Made by a program: the position numbers and the translations under genes. DNA of 62,770 bases, filler included, from Collodictyon triciliatum (Eukaryota): assembly GCA_043381765.1 (NCBI GenBank). It is 17 parts of 17 records of this genome, joined end to end, with 100 filler letters (N's around TTAATTAATTAA, not from the genome) between each part and the next. Parts side by side here need not be neighbours in the genome. Positions count along the whole stretch, not along the records: positions 9,792 to 13,227 come from JBHJMP010007332.1; positions 13,328 to 16,763 come from JBHJMP010007333.1; positions 16,864 to 20,300 come from JBHJMP010007334.1; positions 20,401 to 23,835 come from JBHJMP010007335.1; positions 23,936 to 27,370 come from JBHJMP010007336.1; 12 more parts are not named here. One strand, given 5' to 3'. Position 1 is the first letter of the stretch, and every line of letters starts with the position of its first letter. The notes below the pieces were generated by a model. That model saw only the letters and a program-made list of their open reading frames with translations. It did no database searches and was not told the DNA's origin. Shown piece after piece: positions 11,827-23,960 of the stretch.

Positions 11827-12792
11827 TTATGCGGCGGGGTCGATGGCAAGCAGGCGGGCGGCGTGCAGGGTGTCGAGGGCGTCTGCGGCGTGGAGGGCCT
11901 CGACCAGGGCGCCGTCGCAGACTGCAATGCCGCGGCCGGCAGCGCGAGCGCGCACATAGGCGTCGGCCACGGCGAGGGCGCGGCGGACGGCGGCGGGGGC
12001 CGGGGCGAAGGCGGCGTTTGCGACGGGGACGTGGGCGGGGTGGATGAGGGTCTTGCCGTCGAAGCCGAGGGCGCGGCCCTGGGCGGTGTGTGCGTGCAGC
12101 CATCCGCGGGTGTCGCGCACGTCGAGATGGACGCCGTCGAGCACGGTGCGGCGGTGTGCGCGTGCGGCCAGGACGATGCGGGCGAGGTGGGGCAGCAGCG
12201 CGGCGCGGGTGGGGTCGGCGTCGGCGGGGGCGCACCGCAGCGACCGTGCCAGATCGGCCGTCCCCGCAAGCAGCGCCCGGCACGCCGCGTCTGCCGCGAT
12301 GGCCTCTGCGCCCGCCACGCCCGCCGCCGTCTCCACCAGCGCCCACACGCCCACCCCTGCGCCCACCGCCGCCCCGACACGTGCGATCTCGGCCGCGCTC
12401 TCCGCCTTGGGCACCACCACCGCCCCGACCACCCCCGCGCCGTGCGCAGCCACACACGCCACGTCGGCCGCGTGCCACTCCGCCCCGCCCCCGTTGACGC
12501 GCACCGCCCACACCGGCCCCTGCTGCCTCGCCCCCTCCGCCCTCCGCGCCCGCTCCTCCTCCAGAAACCCCGCCAGGTTCTCCCGCGCCTGCGCCTTCTC
12601 GTCCGGCCCCACGGAATCCTCCAGATCCAGGATCACCCCGTCGCTCCCCGCCGTCCGGCTCTTGGCCAGCGCCCGCCCGTTCGAGCACGGCACGTACAGC
12701 ACGCTCCGCAGCGGGCGCACAAGCTGCTCGCTCCCGATCCCCAGCAGCCGCTGCAGCTGCGGAATCACCTCGCTCCAGTGTCCCTGGCTCAT
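11827..12792 (-). CDS. HpcH/HpaI aldolase / citrate lyase beta (CitE, malyl-CoA thioesterase Mcl2-like), intronless, 321 aa
   Basis: RPLRSVLYVPCSNGRALAK...DGVILDLEDSV, ALVET, GTADL, DGVHLDVRD and GFDGKTLIHP are all CitE-family motifs. First ATG at 12792. Confidence 0.9.
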   Translation of the reverse strand: MSQGHWSEVIPQLQRLLGIGSEQLVRPLRSVLYVPCSNGRALAKSRTAGSDGVILDLEDSVGPDEKAQARENLAGFLEEERARRAEGARQQGPVWAVRVNGGGAEWHAADVACVAAHGAGVVGAVVVPKAESAAEIARVGAAVGAGVGVWALVETAAGVAGAEAIAADAACRALLAGTADLARSLRCAPADADPTRAALLPHLARIVLAARAHRRTVLDGVHLDVRDTRGWLHAHTAQGRALGFDGKTLIHPAHVPVANAAFAPAPAAVRRALAVADAYVRARAAGRGIAVCDGALVEALHAADALDTLHAARLLAIDPAA

Positions 12793-13327
12793 CCGGCCTC
12801 CGGCTTTCTTGGCCTTCTGCTTTCTGCTGCGTTCTCTTGAACATAAGTGTCTGCATACGCATACACGTACACATTCCAACATTTCTTGTCGTGCTCCTGT
12901 CTATTAATCTTTCCCCTTCTTTCCCTTCTGCTTCGTGTCTTTTCGCTTGTGCGTATAAAGATATTTTTTTTTTATTTTATATATTTCGGCCAGCCGTGGA
13001 TCAGCTTGCGTTTGTGATAAATGTGTGGGTGTGGGTGTGTGTGTAGATCAGATCGGTCTCGGTATTTCGTCAGCGTGACGGTGTGTTGGCATCGGCCACG
13101 GATGCATATCAACAGCAAGCAAAAATAAGAACAAACAAACAAACAAACAAACAAACAAACAAACAAACAAACAAACAAACAAACAAACAAACAAACAAAC
13201 AAACAAACAAACAAACAAACAAACAAANNNNNNNNNNNNNNNNNNNNNNNNNNNNNNNNNNNNNNNNNNNNTTAATTAATTAANNNNNNNNNNNNNNNNN
13301 NNNNNNNNNNNNNNNNNNNNNNNNNNN

Positions 13328-13358
<31 letters not shown>

Positions 13359-13446
13359 AAGAAAGAATAATGGTGCTGACACTTAACATCCCCTTCCCTA
13401 GACAAAGCTGGTCTGTAATTATCTTCCAATATGTTGTGCAATATAG

Positions 13447-14045
13447 GGCCCGGTTACTGTTTCTGTGCAAGTGCCAAACGACTCTGAGAAGAGTGAGTGG
13501 CAGCTCAATGGCCAGACCATTAGTCTCACTTTCAACATCACAGACACAATCAAGCACGTCAAAGACGCGGTTGCCACACACTTGTCATTTCCGGCCAACA
13601 AGCAAAAAATATCTCTCGGTGAGTGAGCCTCTAAGTGCCCAAACGTCCTCTGGAATTTTTTTTATGTATTGATTATTATGATTATGGTGATGATAAAGTG
13701 AAAAGGCTAACCAGATATGAGAACATATTTTGTCAAATTTTCCTTATTTTTCTTCTTTGCGTCATGTTTTAAATGACTAAAATATTTACCGTCTCTGGAG
13801 GACATCAACCGGGAGCTCGATAAGGAGCTCCAGTCCTGATGTTTATTTATTTTCTCTTTATCCAAAAGTTCACCTTTTCCTTGCTGGAGAAAGTTTCATA
13901 CCTAGTGTTTCTCCTCACTCGCGTACATCATCCAGGAAATATGTTTCTCAAGGATGAGTCCAGTCTCGCGTACTACAACGTGAACAACCAAAGCGTGTTC
14001 AGTTTGGGAATCAAGGAGCGCGGTGGTCGCGGGCGCAAGAATTAA
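13447..14045 (+). CDS. SF3A1: Splicing factor SF3A1 (Prp21) C-terminal ubiquitin-like domain, last two exons
   Basis: Exons 13447-13618 and 13937-14045 give GPVTVSVQVPNDSEKSEWQLNGQTI...PANKQKISL|GNMFLKDESSLAYYNV...LGIKERGGRGRKN*, closely matching the SF3A1 C-terminus. Confidence 0.92.
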
Positions 14046-14498
14046 GCCGCTTTTGCGTTCTCTCGTTTTTTTCTTCTTTTTCTTCTCTCTCTCTATCTCC
14101 GTCTTTCCCTCCCACGCCCACAAACCCTTATTCTCTTTTTCTTCTTGAGGCCACAGCAACCAACGTCCAACTATCTAAAGAATCCGCCTCCCAGTTGGCG
14201 TCCGAAGGGGGAGATGCTGCCACGATGAAACATCTTGGGTATTAGCGGGATGAAAATAAAGGGATTAAGAATGAATCAAGATTGATTGCCAATTTTCAAT
14301 TATCCTTCATTTCGTTTGCACTAGTGAAGTATGTGTTGGTATAAGGGTCAAAATCAAAGGCTTTTCTAATGACTTGTATCGCCTTCCATATTCTTTTATA
14401 TATATTATTCTTCATTATTGCTGTTATTGTAATTTTTATTTATTGATTTCAGCGTATCCTTGAATGTGTGTTTGTTTTCAAAAGCGAGTTTCTCTTTG

Positions 14499-16547
14499 TC
14501 AGACGCAGTCTTCGGCCTCGAGTTTCGGAACAAGTTCCCTAAAGTGTTGGATATTGAAAAAAGATATTGCAAGTGAGCATTTTTGTCAACAGACGTTATT
14601 CCATTTCATTTTCTTAAAGTACTTCTCCTCTTATTTCATTTTTATTATATTCGTTTGTTTTATTTTGTTGAAGAGGATTGTTCTCTGTGATTGTAAGTTA
14701 TAAAGATAAAAGAAAAAGAAATATTTCGTAGCAACAGCATTTATTAATCAGTTAAATGAAATATACCGAAGAAGTGGGTCTTGACTCCAATTTATTCCTA
14801 GATGGTAAATGAGGTTCTGGTACATGAAAAAAGTAATTTGTTTAGCTTTGTTTTAAATGTTTCATTAGCCACGCATTCCAATTACCAAAGAATATATTTA
14901 AATTATGTCTTGTGTTTCTTCACATAGAAGTTTTTTTTTAAAAAAAAATATATAATATTAACCAGATACCATAAATGTGTGCCTTATAATTGTATTATTT
15001 GTTCGAAGTCTTTGGAGTTCTTCTTGTAATCTGTTTTGTTGTGGCCAATGAAAATTATTTGGTCATCATTTATTAAAGAAAAATATAACAATAGGTGAGA
15101 GGAGAACTGATACATGAAGATTTGATGGAGCTGAGCACCATCGGCACGCATAAAAATAATATTAGCATCTGTGAAAACTTGCTCGAGATATCTAGATGTT
15201 GTTTGCTCTCTATTCTCTCTTTTGGAGAGCTCCTCTATTCTCTGTTGCAATGTTTTGTTCTCTTTGATCAAATTGATCTATGCAGGACGTATGTAAAATC
15301 ATTTATTTATTTTTGTTTGTTTATTGATTAATCTGACCAACTGAAAATTTTTTATTTTCTCTGTTATTTTTTTCCATTTAAACAAACAAATAGAAAAAGG
15401 ATATCATGAAATCATTAAAAATAAGTATGGTGGTCAATTGTTACATTTTTTATTCGATACTCGTCGGCTTGTTCTTGCAGCGACCGAATTTTGATTTCAG
15501 ATTCTCTAATTTCCTTAGACATGGTATCCTTTTTCCTTAACATGGCGATGGTAGTTCTTGATACATATAAAGTTAAACGTAAAGTATGATATTATATTAT
15601 TCACAATAATTGGGATCTATAATATCACGCATAAAACAATTTTTTTATCTTCGATCGATTCAAAGACGCATAAAATAATCTTAATTACTCAGAGTATTGC
15701 TCATCCTTCAACAATTCCTCTAGCAGATACGACTCATGTATCCTAAATCGTAACGCAGGTACGTTGCAGGTTTCAAATATACTAAATTAATAAAGGGAAA
15801 GAGTAACAATAGAAAAGACTATTTTGTCATAAAATCGATATATTTATTTATCTTTTTAAAAAAAAAATACGAAATCGTGTATTTAGTCCTAATAAATCTG
15901 ACGATTATCTGGCCACTGAAAACATTTCAAAGAATTACCCGGATGATTAAAACTTTGCAATATATCCCGAGAAAAGAAAAATACCTCTTTATGACGCTAT
16001 CGCGAATATCCTGACGAACCTGCATCTCATAGACCCTTTCATTCATCTCCAATAACCGTGACTGAATCTCATCTTCGCTTCGTAGGTCCAGCTTCAGGAA
16101 TTTAAGAAGGATATTGAGTATATGGACTTGTGGGCATATTTACTCTTCATACGAACACCATAATCATCACATACATCCTGACTCTAAAAAAAAAAATACT
16201 CATAGCGAAACATATTTATGTATATCTTGGGATATTATTCACAATACGTCATCTACTCCATTCGCAGAATAAACATTTATTATTATTATTATTATTGTCA
16301 AGCAAGTGGTGGATAGGATATATTTTGTTATCGAAGAGAAGCTGGAATCCGAAGCCACCTGAGACCGGGTGCGCTCTCTCCGCTCCACCTCTAAAGCATC
16401 AATTGCCTTCTGATATTCGGTGTTCTGTTCTCGAAGACGCGCGAGAGCCCTTCGCTTCGCCTCCAAAGGCGTTTCCTGAAGCACTTTCAAAAGCTGCTCG
16501 TCCAGTGCGTCCTGCGCCTCTTCGCCGAGCTGCGCGGGTTGGTTCAT
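14499..16547 (-). CDS. CENPH: Centromere protein H (CENP-H/Mcm16/Fta3) homologue, ~8 exons
   Basis: Coiled-coil exons splice in consistent phase to a C-terminus IIRHTFM|NLIYHLGINWSQDPLLR|ELVPKLE, matching the CENP-H motif IQHVFQNLILGSKVNWAEDPALKEIV. The start codon (16547) is tentative. Confidence 0.75.
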
Positions 16548-16863
16548 TCCGCCGCCTGTGGAAGCTTGGGTCAAACGAGAAATAGCGGGTGATCATTGTT
16601 GGAAGGGAGTTGTGAGAGGCCCGTTGCTCCGGATAATTCCTTCTCCCTTTCTTTTGTCCTGTTCTTTCTTCTTTTCTTTTCTTTTCTTTTCTTTTCTTTT
16701 CTTTTCTTTTCTTTTCTTTTCTTTTCTTTTCTTTTCTTTTCTTTTCTTTTCTTTTCTTTTCTTNNNNNNNNNNNNNNNNNNNNNNNNNNNNNNNNNNNNN
16801 NNNNNNNTTAATTAATTAANNNNNNNNNNNNNNNNNNNNNNNNNNNNNNNNNNNNNNNNNNNN

Positions 16864-16973
<110 letters not shown>

Positions 16974-17029
16974 GCAATAATAACAACATAGGTAAATAGT
17001 AGATAAATAGATAAATAATCTTATATTAG

Positions 17030-20000
17030 GCTCGATTCCGAAATTTGGCAACATTCCTAGAATCGAATCGATATACTGTTATGAAAATCAGCTCAATGGT
17101 AATCAATCATGTAATTTCACCAAACCTAATATATTTCTAATAGCTGATTTGCAGGAACCATACCCAATTTCGCTAATATTAAGAACATCGAATTAATTGA
17201 AATGTCCAACAATCAATTGGATGGTAAGATTCTAATCGGTTGAATGAATATAGTTCTCTATCTTACCATTAAATAACACAGGGTTTATTCCAGATTTTGA
17301 TAGCATTCAAAATGTCAAAAGTATTTTTTTATACAACAATAGATTCACAGGTTTGTTTGTTTTTTTCATCTGGAGTATATTATAGACATATATTTAACCC
17401 AATTGTGCACAGGAAATATACCAGATTTTTCTAATATCTTGGATATCGAAGTGATGCTTCTTTACGGCAACAGATTGACCGGTTAGTAAATATAAGTTTT
17501 CAGCAATTATCTACGTCACATAATTTTTTCTTTGTCTTCGTTTAGGAATGATTCCAGACTTTAGCAGAATCCCAATATCAAATTTATATACTTGGATAGG
17601 AATCAACTAATTGGTAATATTTTTTTTTAAAACTTTAAGTTCCTATATGCTAATAATTGATTACAGGACAAATTCCAAACTTCAGTTTGATTCCAAGAGG
17701 GAGAACAATTTACCTTGATAACAACCAGCTGAATGGTGGGTCACATTTCTTAAAAAAATAAATTGCATTTCATTTTCTGAACGAATTTACAATTCCAGGC
17801 ACTATTCCAAACTTTAAAAATCTCCGAGATATAGAGTATTTTTCTGTCTCTGACAATAACATTGAGGGCTCGGTTCCAAATTTCGAATATTGTACCAATA
17901 TGAAAGAAATAATTCTTTTCAGAAACCGTCTGAATGGAGTACTTCCTTCTTTCAAATTACATAACCTAACCAGATTAGATCTAAGTGAAAATCATATTAC
18001 AGGGGCTATTCCTGAAAATTGGAGTATAAAATCGATACAATATATAGATTTATCAAGAAACCAGATGACTAATACAATACCATACAATTTTCAGTATTTT
18101 TTGGAACTGAAATCACTAATTCTATCACATAATCAATTCTCTGGTGGAGTGTCCGCTGGATTATGGAACCTGCCCCATATAGTTGCGATTGATTTGAGAA
18201 ACAATTCATTCTCTGGTGACATCGGAGAATTTATGGTGCCAAATTTAGAAAACTTTGAATTTTTTTATCAAAGTCTATTTCTGGATGATAATAATCTCCA
18301 CGGAGAGGTAAACTGGAGGATTTTTGGTTACGTTTTAAATATTAAAACATTCAGTATTAAGAGGAACAATATTACTCGCCTAGATGAGCTAACAAATTTA
18401 TTAAAATGGACATATCTCGATCTTACTGGTAACCCTATTGTGAATAATATTCCTGAATCTTTCAAATTATTTTCAAAGCTTGAATACCTGGGATTAAAGG
18501 ATACGCTCATGAATCATGAGAATTTTAACTTTCTTCCTGGATTTATGAATTATGCAACTCCTTTCCGTCTGGAGGACCAATCAGAATTATATCTCTGTCC
18601 TTCTACTAAATCGAAATCAGGTCTCATAGAATTAATAGTTGAAATAAATCCAACATACTATGATTACGAGTTTTGTAAATGCTTGCCCGGATATTTTGGA
18701 TTTCGAGATAGTTGTATTCAATGTCCGAGGGAATGTCTATGTCTTGATGGGGTTAGTTTGAAATATTGTCATGCTTCACCAAGTGCAACTGAGGTAAAAT
18801 CAATTCTTCCATGTCCAAGACCAGAATCATGTAGCACGTTAATCCCTGACAAGACATCCAGATCAAATAAGACAGTAGCAATAAATCATCTATGCGAAGA
18901 TGGATATGAAGGTCATGCTTGCTCAAAATGTCAAAAAGGATATGGAAATCAAGGCTGGGCATGCGAAAAGTGTGATAAAGTTAATATTTATCTCACTTTG
19001 ATATTCAGCTCCATAGGATTTTCCATATTTATGACCTACCTTTACTTTTCAGAAGCATCCAAATCAGGTTGGTTCACATGTTCATCAAAGCATAGTATTA
19101 AATACTGCGAACTAATACATTTTTTCAGCTAAACTTAGAATCATCTTGTTCCACATGCAAACACTTTCTATAGTCTCAGCTGGGTTAACCAAGTCAGAAG
19201 ATGCAAACTCTTTTATTGATTTTTCATCCTCTATAAGCTCAATGAAATATCCTAATATTTATTGTGTCTTGGATATCAATAATGTTTATGATACCCTCCT
19301 GCTTAGTTTTGCTAGGATACCTATATTCATTATTATTGGTTCCATTATGTACCACTTTGGATATGGACATAGACAAAACAAGGTTTGCATCAGTTATGAT
19401 TACATTTATTCTCTCCTATTGAAGACAACTTAGTAATATTAATATCATAAACTAGGCGGTCTTTGTCACTTTGAATCTTTTGTTCCTTATTTACTATTCA
19501 GTGGCAAGAGAAGTTTTTGGCGTCTTTGGGTGCACTGTTTATGATGATGGTGAAGATATGTGGTATCTGAATTATGTACCCTGGATTCAATGCAGCCCAG
19601 CTTCAGATGAATATCGAAAACTAGTTGCAATATCTATTCCTGTTTTTGTTTTATATTTGATCGGGCTACCAGTTTTTGTATTATGGAAAGTGAGAATTAT
19701 GTCTGAAAGACCTGGCTATGAACCAGGAGCGAGATATGGATTCTTGTACCTGCCATACAAAGAAGTATGTTTTTTTATTTTTTTTTTTAAAAACACAGCC
19801 ATCATCATGCACGGATTGAAAGGAAGAATAAAAATTTCAATTTTAATGTGCTCGTTTAGAGTTTCAAGTATTGGGAATTCGTCATTATTGCTCGTCGTAT
19901 CGCCTTTTCGTTTATCCTTAGCGTCATTCCGTACACCAAGCCATCAATTTTCTTTCTGCTTCTTGTAATCGTCATTCAGGTTTGATTTCCAATAGTAGAC

Positions 20001-20300
20001 GTTCAAATTATTGTCTTAATTGTTTTATCACACACCTTATTCTGTAATTTATTATTCTAGGGCTCTATTTGGATGCAAAAAGGATACAAACCATACAACT
20101 CTAAAACTGAAAATCAAATGGAGTTGTCCAGTTTATACATTATTTTTGTTTCTTTCTTCCTTGCACTCTTATCGACTTTGCTTGGTTCGCAAACATGGAT
20201 TACCATATCTCTAATTGGCATGAATTCAGTATGGTTGCTTTATTTCACCAGTATTGCTCTTGTTATTCCTCTTTTTCGTGGAGGCACAATCAAACAAAAA
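17030..20300 (+). CDS. LRR ectodomain + Cys-rich region + ~9-TM receptor-like protein (partial at both ends; one LRR exon frameshifted)
   Basis: Six 68-69-nt LRR exons precede a long exon 17799-19067 carrying more LRRs and CKCLPGYFG...C...CEDGYEGHACSKC. The TM exons contain RYGFLYLPYKE|SFKYWEFVIIARR and KPYNSKTENQME, motifs typical of protist TRP/Flc-like multipass receptors. Confidence 0.85.
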
Positions 20301-20659
20301 NNNNNNNNNNNNNNNNNNNNNNNNNNNNNNNNNNNNNNNNNNNNTTAATTAATTAANNNNNNNNNNNNNNNNNNNNNNNNNNNNNNNNNNNNNNNNNNNN
20401 TTTTTTTTTTTTTTTTTTAATAAAATCCTTTTGTTTTGTTTTCTTTTGATCATACACAAAAAATTGTCCGTTTGGTGGCCGATCGCTTGTGTCATACTTT
20501 ACAGTCAAGCACTCGGCAATGAATTGTTGTTGTGTGGGTTTTATACTCAAACATAGGCTTATAAGAAAAAAAGAATAGAAAAAGAATAGAAAGAACCAAA
20601 TAACAAACTAAACAACTTACAAAACGATGAATAATCTTGAGACACAACACAAATAAAAT

Positions 20660-23189
20660 ATGAGCACACACTTATTTCCTCGGTTGAGCAGCCAGCCTTA
20701 CCCTGAAACGACTGTCCTTCCGATCAAGGATGTTTGGCTTCGGTCTGATCAACCGGCGCCACCGTCTAACGTTTGCTGCTGCAGGCATCCAAGTATTTCA
20801 GCCAGGGATGGAGTTCAAAGACGGGAAAGGCGTCCACGGGGATCACCAAGTCTCGTCTTCCCGCAAGCGGCAAAAGGACGTGATGATGCCCACCAGCCAG
20901 CAGCAACAGCAGCAACAGCAGCAGCAACAACAACAACAGCAACAACAGCAACGTGAGAATAGAGTGGCTTACCGCAGAACAAAAAAAAAAAAGATAAAAA
21001 AGTTAATTATAGCAAAAGATACCGAAAAGACAATTTAAAAGCAATTAAAAAAGCAATTAAAAAAGCAATTAAAAAAGCAATTAAAAAAGCAATTAAAAAA
21101 GCAATTAAAAAAGCAATTAAAAAAGCAATTAAAAAAGCAATTTTAAAAGCAATTAAAAAAGGCAAATAGACCAGATAGTAAACATATTATGATAAACAAA
21201 GTTAAAAAAATATCTTAAGGTTTTGAAGCACACCATCGAACATATTAAGAAACTCTAAAATAAAGAAAAGAAATTAGAGACCACAAAGCCATGAAATATT
21301 GCAGAAAATATTATTATGCACTGGCCCATTTAAACTATGCATCCAATCACGGTCTTAACTGCAACTGAAGACAAATCTCAGTTACTTATCATTCACCACC
21401 TATTACCAACTATTGACCAATAAAAATTCATTCACGTCTGGTTGTACTGTACTCCAGCTCATATGCAGCAAGTCCGAATCGACTATGACAACCACGGCCC
21501 CATCCCAGAGGAACCACCAGTAGACGTCCATGAACTCTTTCAGACTGTCCGTCGCATCGAATCCAAAGTCGATCATCTTCTCCATCTAATGAGTCAGAGG
21601 ATTGCCATGCCCTATTCGATTCAACCCGCTGCAGAACCGGTCCCTCTTAAGCGCTCACGAGTGTCTTCTACAATTACTCTTCCTGTTTGTGTTGCTTCAT
21701 AATGACATGCACGCCCTCGATATCACAGTCACAGTCACAATCACAATCACAATCACAAAAAAACTACAGAATGAAGCATCTTATGAAAATGAATACAAGA
21801 CAAGTTTGATATACAAGAGCATTATCCATGATGATAGTTTTCATTCTCATCATGCTTTTTTTTTTTAAAAAAAAATGAACGCGTTATCCTCGCATCGAAT
21901 AATGGGTCTGTTTCGCTCTGCTCCTGGGCACAAAAGATGTCGACCCGGCTGATGATACGCACGCTGGCTTGTACCAACCCCTTGGTAAATGTGTGGGACC
22001 ATATTGTGAAGATGATGCAAAGGGCACAGGAAAAACATCCTTCTGAAATTACTGAGATGGAGATGGATTTGAATCGCATTCGAGGGGACTGTGGTGTGAA
22101 TCAAAAATATTTACAGGATAAGGTATTTCTTTATCATAAAAATGACTACAGGAAAGAAAAAGCATCAATATACCTATCAGGGATAGAGGCTTACTTGATA
22201 AGGAGATGAGAAAAAAAATAATTTTATTAGCCCTTGATATGCTTAGAAACACTAAATTCACTTACCACATAGGTGATCGAGTACTTCTACTCATTCAGGA
22301 GGTCTGCGAAATATCACGCAGGAGAAGCCTTTATACTCTGTTTCATTAAGTAATTTTGAGAATTTAATCCCATCGATTCTTAAATCACCTTGCACTTTTT
22401 ATATTACCTCTCTAAATTATAACCATACAAATATTTATTCCATAATAAATTAAAAAATCAATAAATAAAATTTATAATTTATTCTATATAATATATCATA
22501 AAATAAAACGTGGACTGGGAATACGCTTGAACACATGTCATCGATTGTTTTATACACACATTGAGATTTCACCTCGTCAATCTTACAAGTAACAAATATT
22601 TCAACAACTTATTGAAGAGGAACGCAAGATCGGATTCATGCAGACCACCTGGATCCAGACTGCACAAACCTCCACGACGCTGGACCATCGGATGCAGAGG
22701 ACGAATCAAAGACGGGAGAGCAAATTGCTTTAATGGTCAAGCGAGACCCTTCATTCAGGGTGTTCTGGAAAGCAGGCTCCAACTCAAAATACCGAGCTTC
22801 TTTGACCACATGGCTGAAGAATGTCGGCATGGAAGAAAGCTTCGATACTGAGCCCACATTTCGCTTCTTCGTAAATACCTTATCAATTTACATGCATTTC
22901 TTATGCGTTAGTAGTGTTATATAGATTCTTATCCGAGGTATCATTTTTTCCTTGATTTTCCTTCCATTTGTTTATTTCTGACTTGTCTTTGCAGATTGAC
23001 CTGTACATGCAGAACTACCATCTGAGCAGTAGCAACAAGGCCAAAGAGACGTTCAAGCACATTCGATTGGAGCTCGAGGAAGAGCTTAGAGCGCGTGGCG
23101 TCTGCTCCAAGGAAACTGATGAAGTGATTGGGGATGTTCAAGATTTTGAGTCCATGTCCAAAATCATCATTCCAAAGTTTAAGTCATAA
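20660..23189 (+). CDS. Hypothetical multi-exon protein with a polyQ tract
   Basis: Several GT-AG-bounded open exons (polyQ ~20897-20951; 21459-21660 with VHELFQTVRRIESKVDHLL; ~21937-22122; ~22620-22870; 22995-23189). First exon unresolved, no family recognised. Confidence 0.5.
21036..21160. repeat. 12-bp tandem repeat (AAAAAAGCAATT)n in an intron
   Basis: About 10 units seen directly. Confidence 0.9.
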
Positions 23190-23746
23190 TCTAATGAAGC
23201 AGGCAGCCTGTGCAAGTTTTCTCTCCTTTTTTTCATTTACCGAAAGCGCGATGAATTCATTTATTATAGAAAGAAGCTACAATAAGACAGAGAAGAGAAA
23301 AGAAACGAAACGAAACGAATAGAGAAGAGCCGAAAGAATAGAAATGGGACCCAATAAATCATCCATCCACACTACGATCAATCCCTCGACTTTTGTCATA
23401 TCATGAATTTTCTGTCAGTAGTTCATGACTTTCGTTGTCTTTTACTTTCGTAATTTATTTTTATTTTTATCGGGCGTAAATTTTTTCTCGCCGTTTTCTT
23501 ACAAACCGAAGACCCTGACTAAGGCCAAGACCAAGACCAAGACTAAAACCAAAACCAAAACCAAGACCAAGACCAAAACCAAGAACCAAATGAGGAGGAG
23601 CCGTAAGATTGAAAAGCTTACCCAGGATATTCTCACTTTTTTAATTCTTTTTAAATCTGCTTGATTATATTTTAAATCTTTGGGAATTTGGTGATAAATC
23701 ATACTTCTCGTTCAATTTGAGACTACCATAACAATGATAGTAATGA

Positions 23747-23835
<89 letters not shown>

Positions 23836-23960
23836 NNNNNNNNNNNNNNNNNNNNNNNNNNNNNNNNNNNNNNNNNNNNTTAATTAATTAANNNNNNNNN
23901 NNNNNNNNNNNNNNNNNNNNNNNNNNNNNNNNNNNTTTTTGCTTTCTTAACTTTCTTTAC

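Noticed and set aside
11054-12907. Long overlapping alternative-frame and antisense ORFs (606, 356, 287, 240 aa)
   Set aside because: Expected from stop-codon scarcity at very high GC. They are R/P/A/G-rich with no motifs and shadow two recognisable genes.
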